Positions 18,269 through 26,312 of a stretch of 49,746 bases of DNA are shown piece by piece. How positions within the stretch are numbered: the first letter of the stretch is position 1; the number at the start of each line of letters is the position of its first letter. Origin of the DNA: a virus. Taxonomy: Duplodnaviria > Caudoviricetes. The DNA is taken from the IMG/VR virus record IMGVR_UViG_3300020045_008243, positions 1-49,746 of that record; one strand, written 5' to 3'. The notes below the pieces were generated by a model. It saw only the letters and a list, made by a program, of their open reading frames with translations, was not told where the DNA came from and made no database searches. A program made the position numbers and the translations under genes.

Positions 18269-18531
18269 ACAAAGCAAGCCAGCTGCCGATTCCCGGATTC
18301 GAAGTATCCCGAATAGCCAACTGCTCAGAATGCGGCAGGCGCCTCGTAGACCCGAAAAGCATCAAGGCCGGAGCCGGGCCGGTTTGTTCAAAGAAAAGGC
18401 ACAATGACCTGACAGTATTCATCCACATGCTTCGGCAGGAGCACCATAACGATTATGTCGAAATGCTGAACCGGGCAGCGGATCAGATTGAACGGATGCA
18501 AAAAATTATCTCGGAAAGGAGTACTATATGA
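18253..18531 (+). CDS. DUF6011-like zinc-ribbon protein
   Basis: CSECGRRLVDPKSIKAGAGPVC. Confidence 0.7.
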   Translation: MDAQMNKASQLPIPGFEVSRIANCSECGRRLVDPKSIKAGAGPVCSKKRHNDLTVFIHMLRQEHHNDYVEMLNRAADQIERMQKIISERSTI

Positions 18532-18806
18532 AAATAAGAAGGCTCGTTATAGAGGTTGATTCGGAACAGCCGGCCGCTGGTTGGGTTTGGGAATCTATGC
18601 CCAATAGACAGCAGATCAACGGATTAACCGTTGTAGGCATTTCGGAAAAGATTAAGAAGATCCCCACGGATGCAAAAAATTATAGACTTGAAAGATGAGT
18701 GACCCCCAACGAGAAGAAAGAAAAAAGCATCTCCGCGAAACGATAGCCGCAATCCTGTTGCGGAATGACGGGCGCGAAGTATCAGAAAAATTCTTGAAAG
18801 GCTGCG

Positions 18807-19058
18807 ATGCAAAACCAAAAAGCAAATGAAACTCCGCACCGATGCTTTACATGCCGGTCGTTCGCGGTGAAGTGTCCGCCGCGTGAAGATGTTTCAGACG
18901 GGTGGGCATACTGCAAGATCCATAAAACATGGTTCAAGAAACAGCTCGAGATCAGGCCAGGGAATCGCGGGGAGAAGTGCCCGACATGGAGACCAGACTT
19001 GATACTTCTGGCAAAAATGAAAGAGCTTGGGACTGAATTTAAGGAGGGTTTTGTATGA
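18807..19058 (+). CDS. Small Cys-rich hypothetical protein
   Basis: CFTC...C..H...CPTW. Confidence 0.5.
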   Translation: MQNQKANETPHRCFTCRSFAVKCPPREDVSDGWAYCKIHKTWFKKQLEIRPGNRGEKCPTWRPDLILLAKMKELGTEFKEGFV

Positions 19059-19091
19059 CCTCCCAGAAAAGAACATCGAGGATGCGAGTAG

Positions 19092-19889
19092 ATGGAGAAA
19101 AATAGAATGGCAACGGCATCAGACATAATGAAACTGATAGAAGCCCGGTATCCGGTAAAAGATTACGTGCTCATTCCAGAGTGCAAAATAGGCGCAACCT
19201 GGACCTCGCAAAGGTGCTCAAGGTTCGACGCATGGATCATGGCACGGTCATGGGCGCATCCCCGTTTCATAGGTTGTGAGGTAAAGGTATCCCGACAAGA
19301 CTTCCTTAACGATAATAAGTGGCAAAGTTATTTACCTTATTGCACTGAATTTTATTTTGTTGCGGCTCCAGGCATTATCGACCCTGCCGAAGTCCCGGAA
19401 CAGGCCGGGCTTCTTGTCGCGTCCAAGAACTTAAAAACACTTACCCTAAAGAAAAAAGCCCCCGTCCGGAAGGTCGATATACCGCAATCAATTTTTGTCT
19501 ATATTTTGATGTGCCGCACTAAAAAGACCAAAGACAACACAGGCCGGGCGACGGTTGACCTTTGGCGTGACCGCCTTACCGAAATGTCAGAAGAAAGAAA
19601 GCTCGGGCATGATATCGCTTATCACATCCGGAAGTTGGCAGATAAAAAGATTGCCGAGACACAAAAAGAAAACCGCAAGCTCCGCGAGGAAAACTTTCTC
19701 CTTCAAGGAGTCAAGGACACGATAGCCGAACTTGGGATAACCGAGACGGACCTGCAGTATGGTGGAGTGCATAAAATCAAAGATGCATTTACGGGCGCCC
19801 AACAAGGCCTTGTAGGAGCGCTAAAAAATATTGAGCGAACAGTCTCCAACGCATTAGCCTCTATAAATAGAACGCCGGGAGAAGAATGA
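19092..19889 (+). CDS. MmcB-like PD-(D/E)xK nuclease
   Basis: RFDAW...GCEVKVSRQDFLND.KWQSYLPYCTEFYFVAAPG. Confidence 0.8.
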   Translation: MEKNRMATASDIMKLIEARYPVKDYVLIPECKIGATWTSQRCSRFDAWIMARSWAHPRFIGCEVKVSRQDFLNDNKWQSYLPYCTEFYFVAAPGIIDPAEVPEQAGLLVASKNLKTLTLKKKAPVRKVDIPQSIFVYILMCRTKKTKDNTGRATVDLWRDRLTEMSEERKLGHDIAYHIRKLADKKIAETQKENRKLREENFLLQGVKDTIAELGITETDLQYGGVHKIKDAFTGAQQGLVGALKNIERTVSNALASINRTPGEE

Positions 19890-21523
19890 ACCTCCGCAAA
19901 CATCAAAAAGAAACCGACGCCGTGACGGACGCCATAATCGCCGGTGGCTCGATAAAAAAGACGGTCGTCAAGGCAACACCAGGAGCAGGGAAAAGCCTTC
20001 TCCCGGTAATTGCCGGGAAACTCATCGGCGCAGGCCTTGCCGACGCGATAGCCTGGATTGTCCCGCGCCTTTCCCTTGCCAGCCAGGCGGAGGCTGTTTT
20101 CCTCGACCCTGTTTTCAGATCAGCGTTAAACCATCGGATGGCAATCAGGTCTTCAACAAACGATCAGTTCCCGTGCAGGGGGCTGAGCGGGTTCGTGAGC
20201 ACGTATCAAGCTTTGGCCGTAGACGAAGCCAGAACAGTTTTAAACGACTTTAAGCGCCGGAGATATATCCTTGTACTCGATGAGCCGCACCACATTGAGA
20301 AGGGCGGCCAGTGGGAAGAATCGATAGCGCCGCTGGTCGAAAATTCAGCTTTTCAACTCCTGATGTCTGGCACCATGGCGCGCGGTAACGGAAACCCGAT
20401 AGCCTTTATTGATTACGAACAGTCCGGCCAAGGGTATGCCCCGGTTGAGAGATCGACCGAAACCACGGCTTTTATAAAATATGATCGATCGGACGCACTG
20501 TACGAAAGGGCGATTCTCCCCCTTGTTTTTTATTGCCACGATGGGTCCGCAAAGTGGATGACCAATACCGGCATGGAAGTTGAGTATGAGAGCATCGCAA
20601 AGGTGAGCCGGAAAGACGCAGGCGCAGCGATCTATACGGCGGTCTCCACCAAATACGCCGATGAACTTCTTGACGAGGGCACAACGCACTGGAAGAAAAC
20701 CAGGAGATACATAAACCCATACAGCAAGGCCCTAATCGTCACGGCAAGCGTCAACCACGCAAAGCAGGCCGTTGAATCCCTCCGGCGCATGGGGATAAAG
20801 GCGCCGATAGCTACAAGCCGTGAAAGCCTGGCCGCGCAAAAAGAAATCAAGCGGTTTCGCACAAGGAACGATTCAAACATTCTCGTTGCGGTCAATATGG
20901 TTTATGAAGGCCTCGATGTGCCGGCGGCAACACACGTAATCAGCCTAACCCACATCCGAAGCGTCCCATGGATCGAACAAATGGTAGCCAGGGCGGTCCG
21001 GATCGATCCTAATGCCGGTCCCTACGAGTCACAAGCAGGGCATATCTTTTGTCCAGATGATCCCCTCTTCCGGGCGATCATAAAACAGATTGAGACTGAA
21101 CAAGCTCAGGCCATTGATTCAATCGCCGGAAGAGCGCCGGGGGAAAAAGCCGAACCGTTGCAGCTGTCTTTGTTCGATGATGGTTTCGGGTCACAGGCGC
21201 CCGGGGGAATCATCCCCCTGGAATCGAGAATAACCGGATCGCTCAACCGTGAGATCGGCTTCAATGTGACGTATCAGCAACCGATCATCACCGAAAGCGA
21301 AAGAGAGGAATCACTCAGGAAGCAAATCGACCGGCACATAAAACAGTTTGCAGCGGCGAACGGGTGCACGCCAAGGAGCATCAACATTTTGATCCTGAAG
21401 CGTTTCGAGAGACCTCGGGAGCAAATGACACGTCCGGAACTGGAAAGGCTTATGGCTTATTTACAGCGGCATTATCGGATTGATTTTCACCGTGTCGCGC
21501 AGTCTCGGGCGGTGGCGATATGA
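19886..21523 (+). CDS. SF2 DEAD/DEAH-box helicase (type III Res-like)
   Basis: LRKHQ, ATPGAGKS, LDEPHH, MSGT, YEGLDVP, EQMVARAVR. Confidence 0.85.
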   Translation: MNLRKHQKETDAVTDAIIAGGSIKKTVVKATPGAGKSLLPVIAGKLIGAGLADAIAWIVPRLSLASQAEAVFLDPVFRSALNHRMAIRSSTNDQFPCRGLSGFVSTYQALAVDEARTVLNDFKRRRYILVLDEPHHIEKGGQWEESIAPLVENSAFQLLMSGTMARGNGNPIAFIDYEQSGQGYAPVERSTETTAFIKYDRSDALYERAILPLVFYCHDGSAKWMTNTGMEVEYESIAKVSRKDAGAAIYTAVSTKYADELLDEGTTHWKKTRRYINPYSKALIVTASVNHAKQAVESLRRMGIKAPIATSRESLAAQKEIKRFRTRNDSNILVAVNMVYEGLDVPAATHVISLTHIRSVPWIEQMVARAVRIDPNAGPYESQAGHIFCPDDPLFRAIIKQIETEQAQAIDSIAGRAPGEKAEPLQLSLFDDGFGSQAPGGIIPLESRITGSLNREIGFNVTYQQPIITESEREESLRKQIDRHIKQFAAANGCTPRSINILILKRFERPREQMTRPELERLMAYLQRHYRIDFHRVAQSRAVAI

Positions 21524-21771
21524 AAAAAGGAGATCCTGCCATGATTTATTACGGGGTGCTGATAATCATCTTCGGGCTCTTGGTGTTTTACTTCAGCATA
21601 ATGAAAGAGTTTGATAAAAAGCTTAATGCCCCCGATGGCGGGCACCTATCATATGCCGAACTTCAAGGCATGAAGTACGATAACGGAGACAAGCCAGTTT
21701 TTGTTGTGGTTTTCATCAAAGAAAAGAATGCACTCAAAGCAGACAACATTTTAAAGGAGAAAACACCATGA
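21520..21771 (+). CDS. Small membrane protein
   Basis: N-terminal TM helix; ATGA overlap with neighbours. Confidence 0.55.
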   Translation: MKKGDPAMIYYGVLIIIFGLLVFYFSIMKEFDKKLNAPDGGHLSYAELQGMKYDNGDKPVFVVVFIKEKNALKADNILKEKTP

Positions 21772-22214
21772 AACGATTAACAATCATATGGGCAATCATC
21801 GCTATTCTTTACCTTTGTGTCGCTGTTTTTTTTCTTCGCGGATCGGCACAAGCATCCTACTACCCAATTTACGGCGGATCGTTCCACCCGCTTGAAGGCG
21901 ACTGGACCTACGTCGTGGAGTGGAGCAACAAGATACCACTGACTCCGTACAACGTTACAATCGAATCCGATCCTGGGATATGGGTGGACTTCCATGATGA
22001 CCCGTTTATGGCGTTTGTAGACGGGATAATTGAGAGGAACAACCTACAGTATTTGGGTGTTATGGATTACATGATGGGAGATTTGTATTTTTGGGACCCG
22101 GTACAAGTGCCGATTACTGCCGCTGCTACGCCGATACCGCCTTCTGTGGTTCTTTTGGTTACGGGGCTGATCGGGTTGGCCGGGTTCAGGAGGAAGGCGA
22201 AATGGAACCGATAA
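21768..22214 (+). CDS. Exported PEP-CTERM/VPLPA-CTERM-like surface protein 1
   Basis: Signal peptide ending AQA; C-terminal TPIPPSVVLLVTGLIGLAGFRRK (Pro motif, TM helix, basic tail). Confidence 0.85.
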   Translation: MKRLTIIWAIIAILYLCVAVFFLRGSAQASYYPIYGGSFHPLEGDWTYVVEWSNKIPLTPYNVTIESDPGIWVDFHDDPFMAFVDGIIERNNLQYLGVMDYMMGDLYFWDPVQVPITAAATPIPPSVVLLVTGLIGLAGFRRKAKWNR

Positions 22215-22393
22215 GTGTACTACTTCTTGCGAGTGGGTTGCTCATCGGCTTTGGCATCAGAATAGTTTATCATCGCTTTACCGGAAAGGACTTCCCGCTT
22301 CTCAAACATCCTTATGTTACCCATCCGAGCGGGAACATTACGGAATATGAAATTGACCGGCCTTGCGGGAATTAGGGAGGGGAGGGATAAAAT

Positions 22394-22615
22394 ATGCCGT
22401 TACCAGAAAAGTTCTACAATATGAACGATGAGGAAGTGACGCTTGAACAACTTTGTCACCAAGAACCGGGATGGGCAGCTAACAGAATCAGGCACCTTAC
22501 GCAACAAATTGACTCTCTTATGGATGTTGTTGAAGCGGTTAGAGATTGTTGCAACTGTGTAAATGGTATGCCACGGACATCGGCGGGTTGCCCGGTACAT
22601 GGTCTTAAATATTGA
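22394..22615 (+). CDS. Hypothetical protein
   Basis: RBS GGAGG; C-terminal CNC...CPVHG. Confidence 0.55.
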   Translation: MPLPEKFYNMNDEEVTLEQLCHQEPGWAANRIRHLTQQIDSLMDVVEAVRDCCNCVNGMPRTSAGCPVHGLKY

Positions 22616-23017
22616 TCGGCACAAAGCCGGGAAGGGGGAGAATGAAAAAGCTTGAAACATGCTGCCTTTGCGACGCACCAACAGGAAATGCCGGGAAGCA
22701 TGACGATAGCCTTTATGGCGAAAATGGTGATGGCCCTTATTGTGATGAATGTTTTATGTGGAAGTATGGTAGATCTTCGCTTAAAGCCGCGCCGGAAAGA
22801 AGCAACAATTTCCCAGGCTACGCCGACGACGGCACTGATTTGCGAGACTTTGGGGACCGATAATACGGAAGAAGGCAAATGAAATTAACTTTAATCAATA
22901 GGCTAAAACTTGTGTTTGAAATTTTGACCATTAGAAGCGGCCATAAACATAAGGCTGATATAAAGCAATTATCTACTTTTCAAAAAGGTTACCGGGCGGG
23001 AATGAAAGACAATCAAC

Positions 23018-23290
23018 TTGAAGGATGGAAGGATGAACGCTGAAGAAAGAGCAAAGTGGTTTTGTCGGAATGTTTTAGATTGGACAGGGTATGAAAAGGA
23101 TACTACCTGGAGGCGCATTAAAAATTTATTAGCTGAGCATGAAGCCGAATTTAAACAATCCATTCGCCAACGCACGGCGGAAGAGTGTGCGGAGAAGATT
23201 GAACGCACCTACACAGGTATAATCGGGCACGATTGCGCTGAACTTTGCCGAGAGATCGGCAGGAAAGGGGGAGGGGATGACCAAGGATAA
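23018..23290 (+). CDS. Hypothetical protein
   Basis: ORF in operon, overlapping the next start. Confidence 0.5.
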   Translation: MKDGRMNAEERAKWFCRNVLDWTGYEKDTTWRRIKNLLAEHEAEFKQSIRQRTAEECAEKIERTYTGIIGHDCAELCREIGRKGGGDDQG

Positions 23291-23513
23291 AGCGTTACAA
23301 TTAATCTCTGATGAATACAGCAGGGCGGTTCAATTATTCCCACGGTTCAACAGCCGGCATGAAGGATATGCGGTCCTGTTGGAAGAGGTTGATGAACTGT
23401 GGGACGCCATCAAATCTAAAGATGGTGACGGAAACGATTTCCTTGAGGCCATTCAGGTTGGAGCAATGGCGCTCAGGCTTTTGACGGATTGCTTTGACGA
23501 TATAACCGAATAG
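23277..23513 (+). CDS. MazG-like all-alpha NTP pyrophosphohydrolase-fold protein
   Basis: HEGYAVLLEEVDELWDAIK...EAIQVGAMALR. Confidence 0.65.
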   Translation: MTKDKALQLISDEYSRAVQLFPRFNSRHEGYAVLLEEVDELWDAIKSKDGDGNDFLEAIQVGAMALRLLTDCFDDITE

Positions 23514-23604
23514 CGCCCGTTCCGGGGGGTTCTGGCGCTGCCCCCTGCCCGGTTTATCATTCCTGCCGGCGGGGGGATTTTAAACGCTCAAAACAGGCAA
23601 TATA

Positions 23605-23633
23605 TTGACACAACGACAACCATATAATACCAT
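23605..23633 (+). promoter_or_regulatory. Putative integrase promoter
   Basis: TTGACA 23605-23610, 17 bp, TACCAT 23628-23633; preceded by GC-rich hairpins at 23513-23581. Confidence 0.55.
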
Positions 23634-23661
23634 CCCGAAATTATCACTTTCGGGGGTATGT

Positions 23662-24807
23662 ATGAAAGGCACGATCTATTTTATGAAAGATCGCGGCCGA
23701 TGGGCGGTGTCGTTCCCTATTCCGGGCAGGAAGTCCCCGCTCAAGGTCACACGGTACCGCGGTGAATTCCTGCACCATGAGAATGTCGCAAAGAAATGCT
23801 TGTCCGTGATTCAAAGCGAATGGGAGGCTCACGCTTCAGGCCTGATCCGGTTCCGCCCGGAGAAATGGACAAAGGCCGGATGGACCGATGTTCTTGAATA
23901 TTTCGAATCCTGGATGCGCGATGTCATCGAGCCGAAGCGATCCCCGGCGACCATCAAAGGGTATTGGTCGTATTATCGGAACTGGTTCACGCCGTTTTTT
24001 GAAAAGTACCCGGTCATGCTCCACGAAGTTCATCTTGACCAACTCACGAAGATGCTGAATTTCATCGCCCTGGCTCCGAAGGGGAAATACAACGTGATGA
24101 ACTGTTTTCACAGCTTCCTTGACCATGCCTATCGATCCCGGAGGATCCCTGAGATGCCGCCTTTCCCCAAGAAAGCGGATTACAACTTGACCGAGCCGTC
24201 TTTCAAGTGGCTCCCAGAGTCGGTGCAGATAAAAGTGATCGAGTCGATACCGGAGGTCCACCGGCCTGTTTTCTGGTGGCTGAAATATCATTACCGTCGC
24301 CCGGGCGAGGCGTGCGCGCTCCAATGGAGGGATTGGGACGCAATCAACCGGGTATGGCAAATCAGGCGGTCGGTATCTGCCCGGACGGTTATCGAATATA
24401 CCAAAACCCATGCGGTGCATTTTCAGCCTTGCGACCCGGAATTCCTGTTGACCGCTCTCCGAATGCAACAGGAGCATGCCGGGCCATTGACCGATTATGT
24501 TTTCCGGAATCCACGGGCACGGAAAGAAGGCGGCCGGTACGCCCTCGAATCCCTTGGGGTACTTTGGAGGGACGCCTGCAAAAAGAACGGGGTTGATGTC
24601 GGGCTTTATGAAGGGCTAAAGCATTCGAGTTGTTCGCAGTTTATCAACGAAAAAGGCGGTACTGAAACCGAGCTGCAGGCGCTTACGGATCATGCAAATC
24701 TGTCCAGTGTGCGGCATTATGCGCGGATGGGGATTAATCGGAAGCTGGATCTTATGCGGCGTGGTCGAGTGTCGGTGGTTGCTGATAAAAGAAAGGATGA
24801 AAAATGA
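23662..24807 (+). CDS. int: Tyrosine recombinase (phage integrase)
   Basis: Arm-binding N-terminus, RSPATIKGY, RRPGEACALQWRD, YTKT, YEGLKHS, LTDHANLSSVRHY (catalytic Tyr); attP nearby. Confidence 0.9.
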   Translation: MKGTIYFMKDRGRWAVSFPIPGRKSPLKVTRYRGEFLHHENVAKKCLSVIQSEWEAHASGLIRFRPEKWTKAGWTDVLEYFESWMRDVIEPKRSPATIKGYWSYYRNWFTPFFEKYPVMLHEVHLDQLTKMLNFIALAPKGKYNVMNCFHSFLDHAYRSRRIPEMPPFPKKADYNLTEPSFKWLPESVQIKVIESIPEVHRPVFWWLKYHYRRPGEACALQWRDWDAINRVWQIRRSVSARTVIEYTKTHAVHFQPCDPEFLLTALRMQQEHAGPLTDYVFRNPRARKEGGRYALESLGVLWRDACKKNGVDVGLYEGLKHSSCSQFINEKGGTETELQALTDHANLSSVRHYARMGINRKLDLMRRGRVSVVADKRKDEK

Positions 24808-25082
24808 ACAAATTACTCCCGGAACAAATATTAGATTTTTATCACGGGTCGATGCCACGTAAGATATGGGAGATGGACAAACAGTCATATTATTCAATTA
24901 GGACGATGAAGGATTGTAACGGTAAATATCTTTGGTCTCCGAACACACGCTATGAGGATATGCCCGGTACCTTATTCAATATCCCGATTTCAATATCAGA
25001 AGTCAAATGTTTCCGAATTAAATACATCTTCAAGGATGGACATGAGCATATTGTTGAGATGGATGCTGGAAAGGAAGGATGA
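24804..25082 (+). CDS. Stand-alone protein resembling the A-domain segment of HK97-fold major capsid proteins
   Basis: WEMDKQSYYSIRTMKDCNGKYLWSP...PGTLFNIPI matches the MCP consensus w.mn....irklKD.nGrylW.p....tllG.Pv. Confidence 0.65.
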   Translation: MNKLLPEQILDFYHGSMPRKIWEMDKQSYYSIRTMKDCNGKYLWSPNTRYEDMPGTLFNIPISISEVKCFRIKYIFKDGHEHIVEMDAGKEG

Positions 25083-25085
25083 GAG

Positions 25086-25340
25086 ATGAAAATATACTCC
25101 GATAAAGAGATCGATACTTTGCCTGAAAAATGGATTCCATGCTCCGACTGCTTGCCACCTGTTGGCATAGAGGTTATTGTACAAACAAATACCAAGGTTA
25201 CCGCCCTTGCACGTTTTATACCGCACGAGAATAGTCCACCAGAAAGGGGATGGTGGGATAATGCTTACCCTGGAAAATGGAACGCTCATTTATTCGATTC
25301 GGTTTTGGCGTGGATGCCAATGCCAAAAGGATGCGTTTGA
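25086..25340 (+). CDS. DUF551-like protein
   Basis: KWIPCSDCLPPVGIEVIV...VLAWMPMPK. Confidence 0.8.
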   Translation: MKIYSDKEIDTLPEKWIPCSDCLPPVGIEVIVQTNTKVTALARFIPHENSPPERGWWDNAYPGKWNAHLFDSVLAWMPMPKGCV

Positions 25341-25362
25341 ATCGATAACCACCTGAATTTAC

Positions 25363-25598
25363 TTTAGTGGCGGTTTTGTGGGCGATCCAAGGAAGCGCAA
25401 AGAATTGAAACTACAACAAAAAAATAAACAGTATCGAAAAACAGCCACAAGCGCTATTTATAAACGCTTGTTTTTATTACGCTATTTTTACTAATCTGCA
25501 CGGGTTCGATTCCCATGCACTTCCGCCAGTTTATCTAATGATTTCAATAATAAAAAAATATTTTCGCTTCCAAAATCGCCCACAAATCTGCCACAAAA
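25363..25598. other. attP: core equal to the 3' end of tRNA-Sec (25502-25528), flanked by inverted arm-type sites
   Basis: GGGTTCGATTCCCATGCACTTCCGCCA (T-arm plus acceptor strand ending CTTCCGCCA, as in selC); 25363-25386 and 25575-25598 form a 21/24 inverted repeat. Confidence 0.85.
25447..25475 (+). terminator. Candidate intrinsic terminator of the early operon
   Basis: ACAAGCG...CGCTTGT stem followed by a T-run. Confidence 0.45.
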
Positions 25599-25769
25599 TT
25601 TCAGGGCTGTCAACAGCGCAAAAGGCAATCCGCAATGCTCTATGTACTTTTTTACATAGTTTGATTGCAACGATTTCACAATTAAAAACGAAGGTCGCAC
25701 CCCATAAGGCTTTTCAATTTGCACGGTTTTTGCTGTGTAAGAACATTAACCCACAAAAGGAGATATTTT

Positions 25770-26312
25770 ATGAAAAACATTACCGTTTTTTTAGCTGTTC
25801 TGCTTTTTTGCGTCTCAACCGCTGGGGCTACCCTGATTGACCAAGGGGCGGTCGTCTACGATGATATAAATGATAAGTATTGGCAGGAGCTTGGGGTTTT
25901 ATACGGCCAAACATATTCAGAGCAATCTGTAAACGCTCGGGCGCTTACAACAGACGGTCTTGATTGGCGTCTTGCCCATCACACAAGCACTAACTTACTG
26001 CTTTCGACTTATACCCTATCCGAAATAGCTATTGCATTCGCCCCGACATCACCAGGGATATGGCAGGGTAGGATTAGCCTTGAGGTTGGACCCATCGGGA
26101 CAGACCATGAGCTAAAAATAATGTGGAATGGGTCTGAATATGAGTTGAGCGACTCATCGATCAGTAACTCAATTACAACAACTGGCGCTTGGGTTGAATC
26201 CTATATCAAGCCTCCACCCGATGATGTTTCACCGACTCCGATACCGCCATCAGTGATTTTGCTTGGGACCGGGCTTGTCGGGCTGGCAGGATTCCGGCGA
26301 AAGTTACTGTGA
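25770..26312 (+). CDS. Exported PEP-CTERM/VPLPA-CTERM-like surface protein 2 (attP-adjacent moron)
   Basis: RBS AAGGAG; signal peptide ending AGA; C-terminal TPIPPSVILLGTGLVGLAGFRRKLL. Confidence 0.88.
   Translation: MKNITVFLAVLLFCVSTAGATLIDQGAVVYDDINDKYWQELGVLYGQTYSEQSVNARALTTDGLDWRLAHHTSTNLLLSTYTLSEIAIAFAPTSPGIWQGRISLEVGPIGTDHELKIMWNGSEYELSDSSISNSITTTGAWVESYIKPPPDDVSPTPIPPSVILLGTGLVGLAGFRRKLL

Noticed and set aside
4098-21523. Type III restriction-modification system from the MTase (4098) and Res-like helicase (19886)
   Set aside because: The genes are about 13 kb apart in opposite operons, and the helicase has no evident nuclease domain
25440-25528. Complete tRNA gene
   Set aside because: Only the T-arm and 3' acceptor strand are present; upstream sequence is AT-rich with no 5' half, so it is an att core
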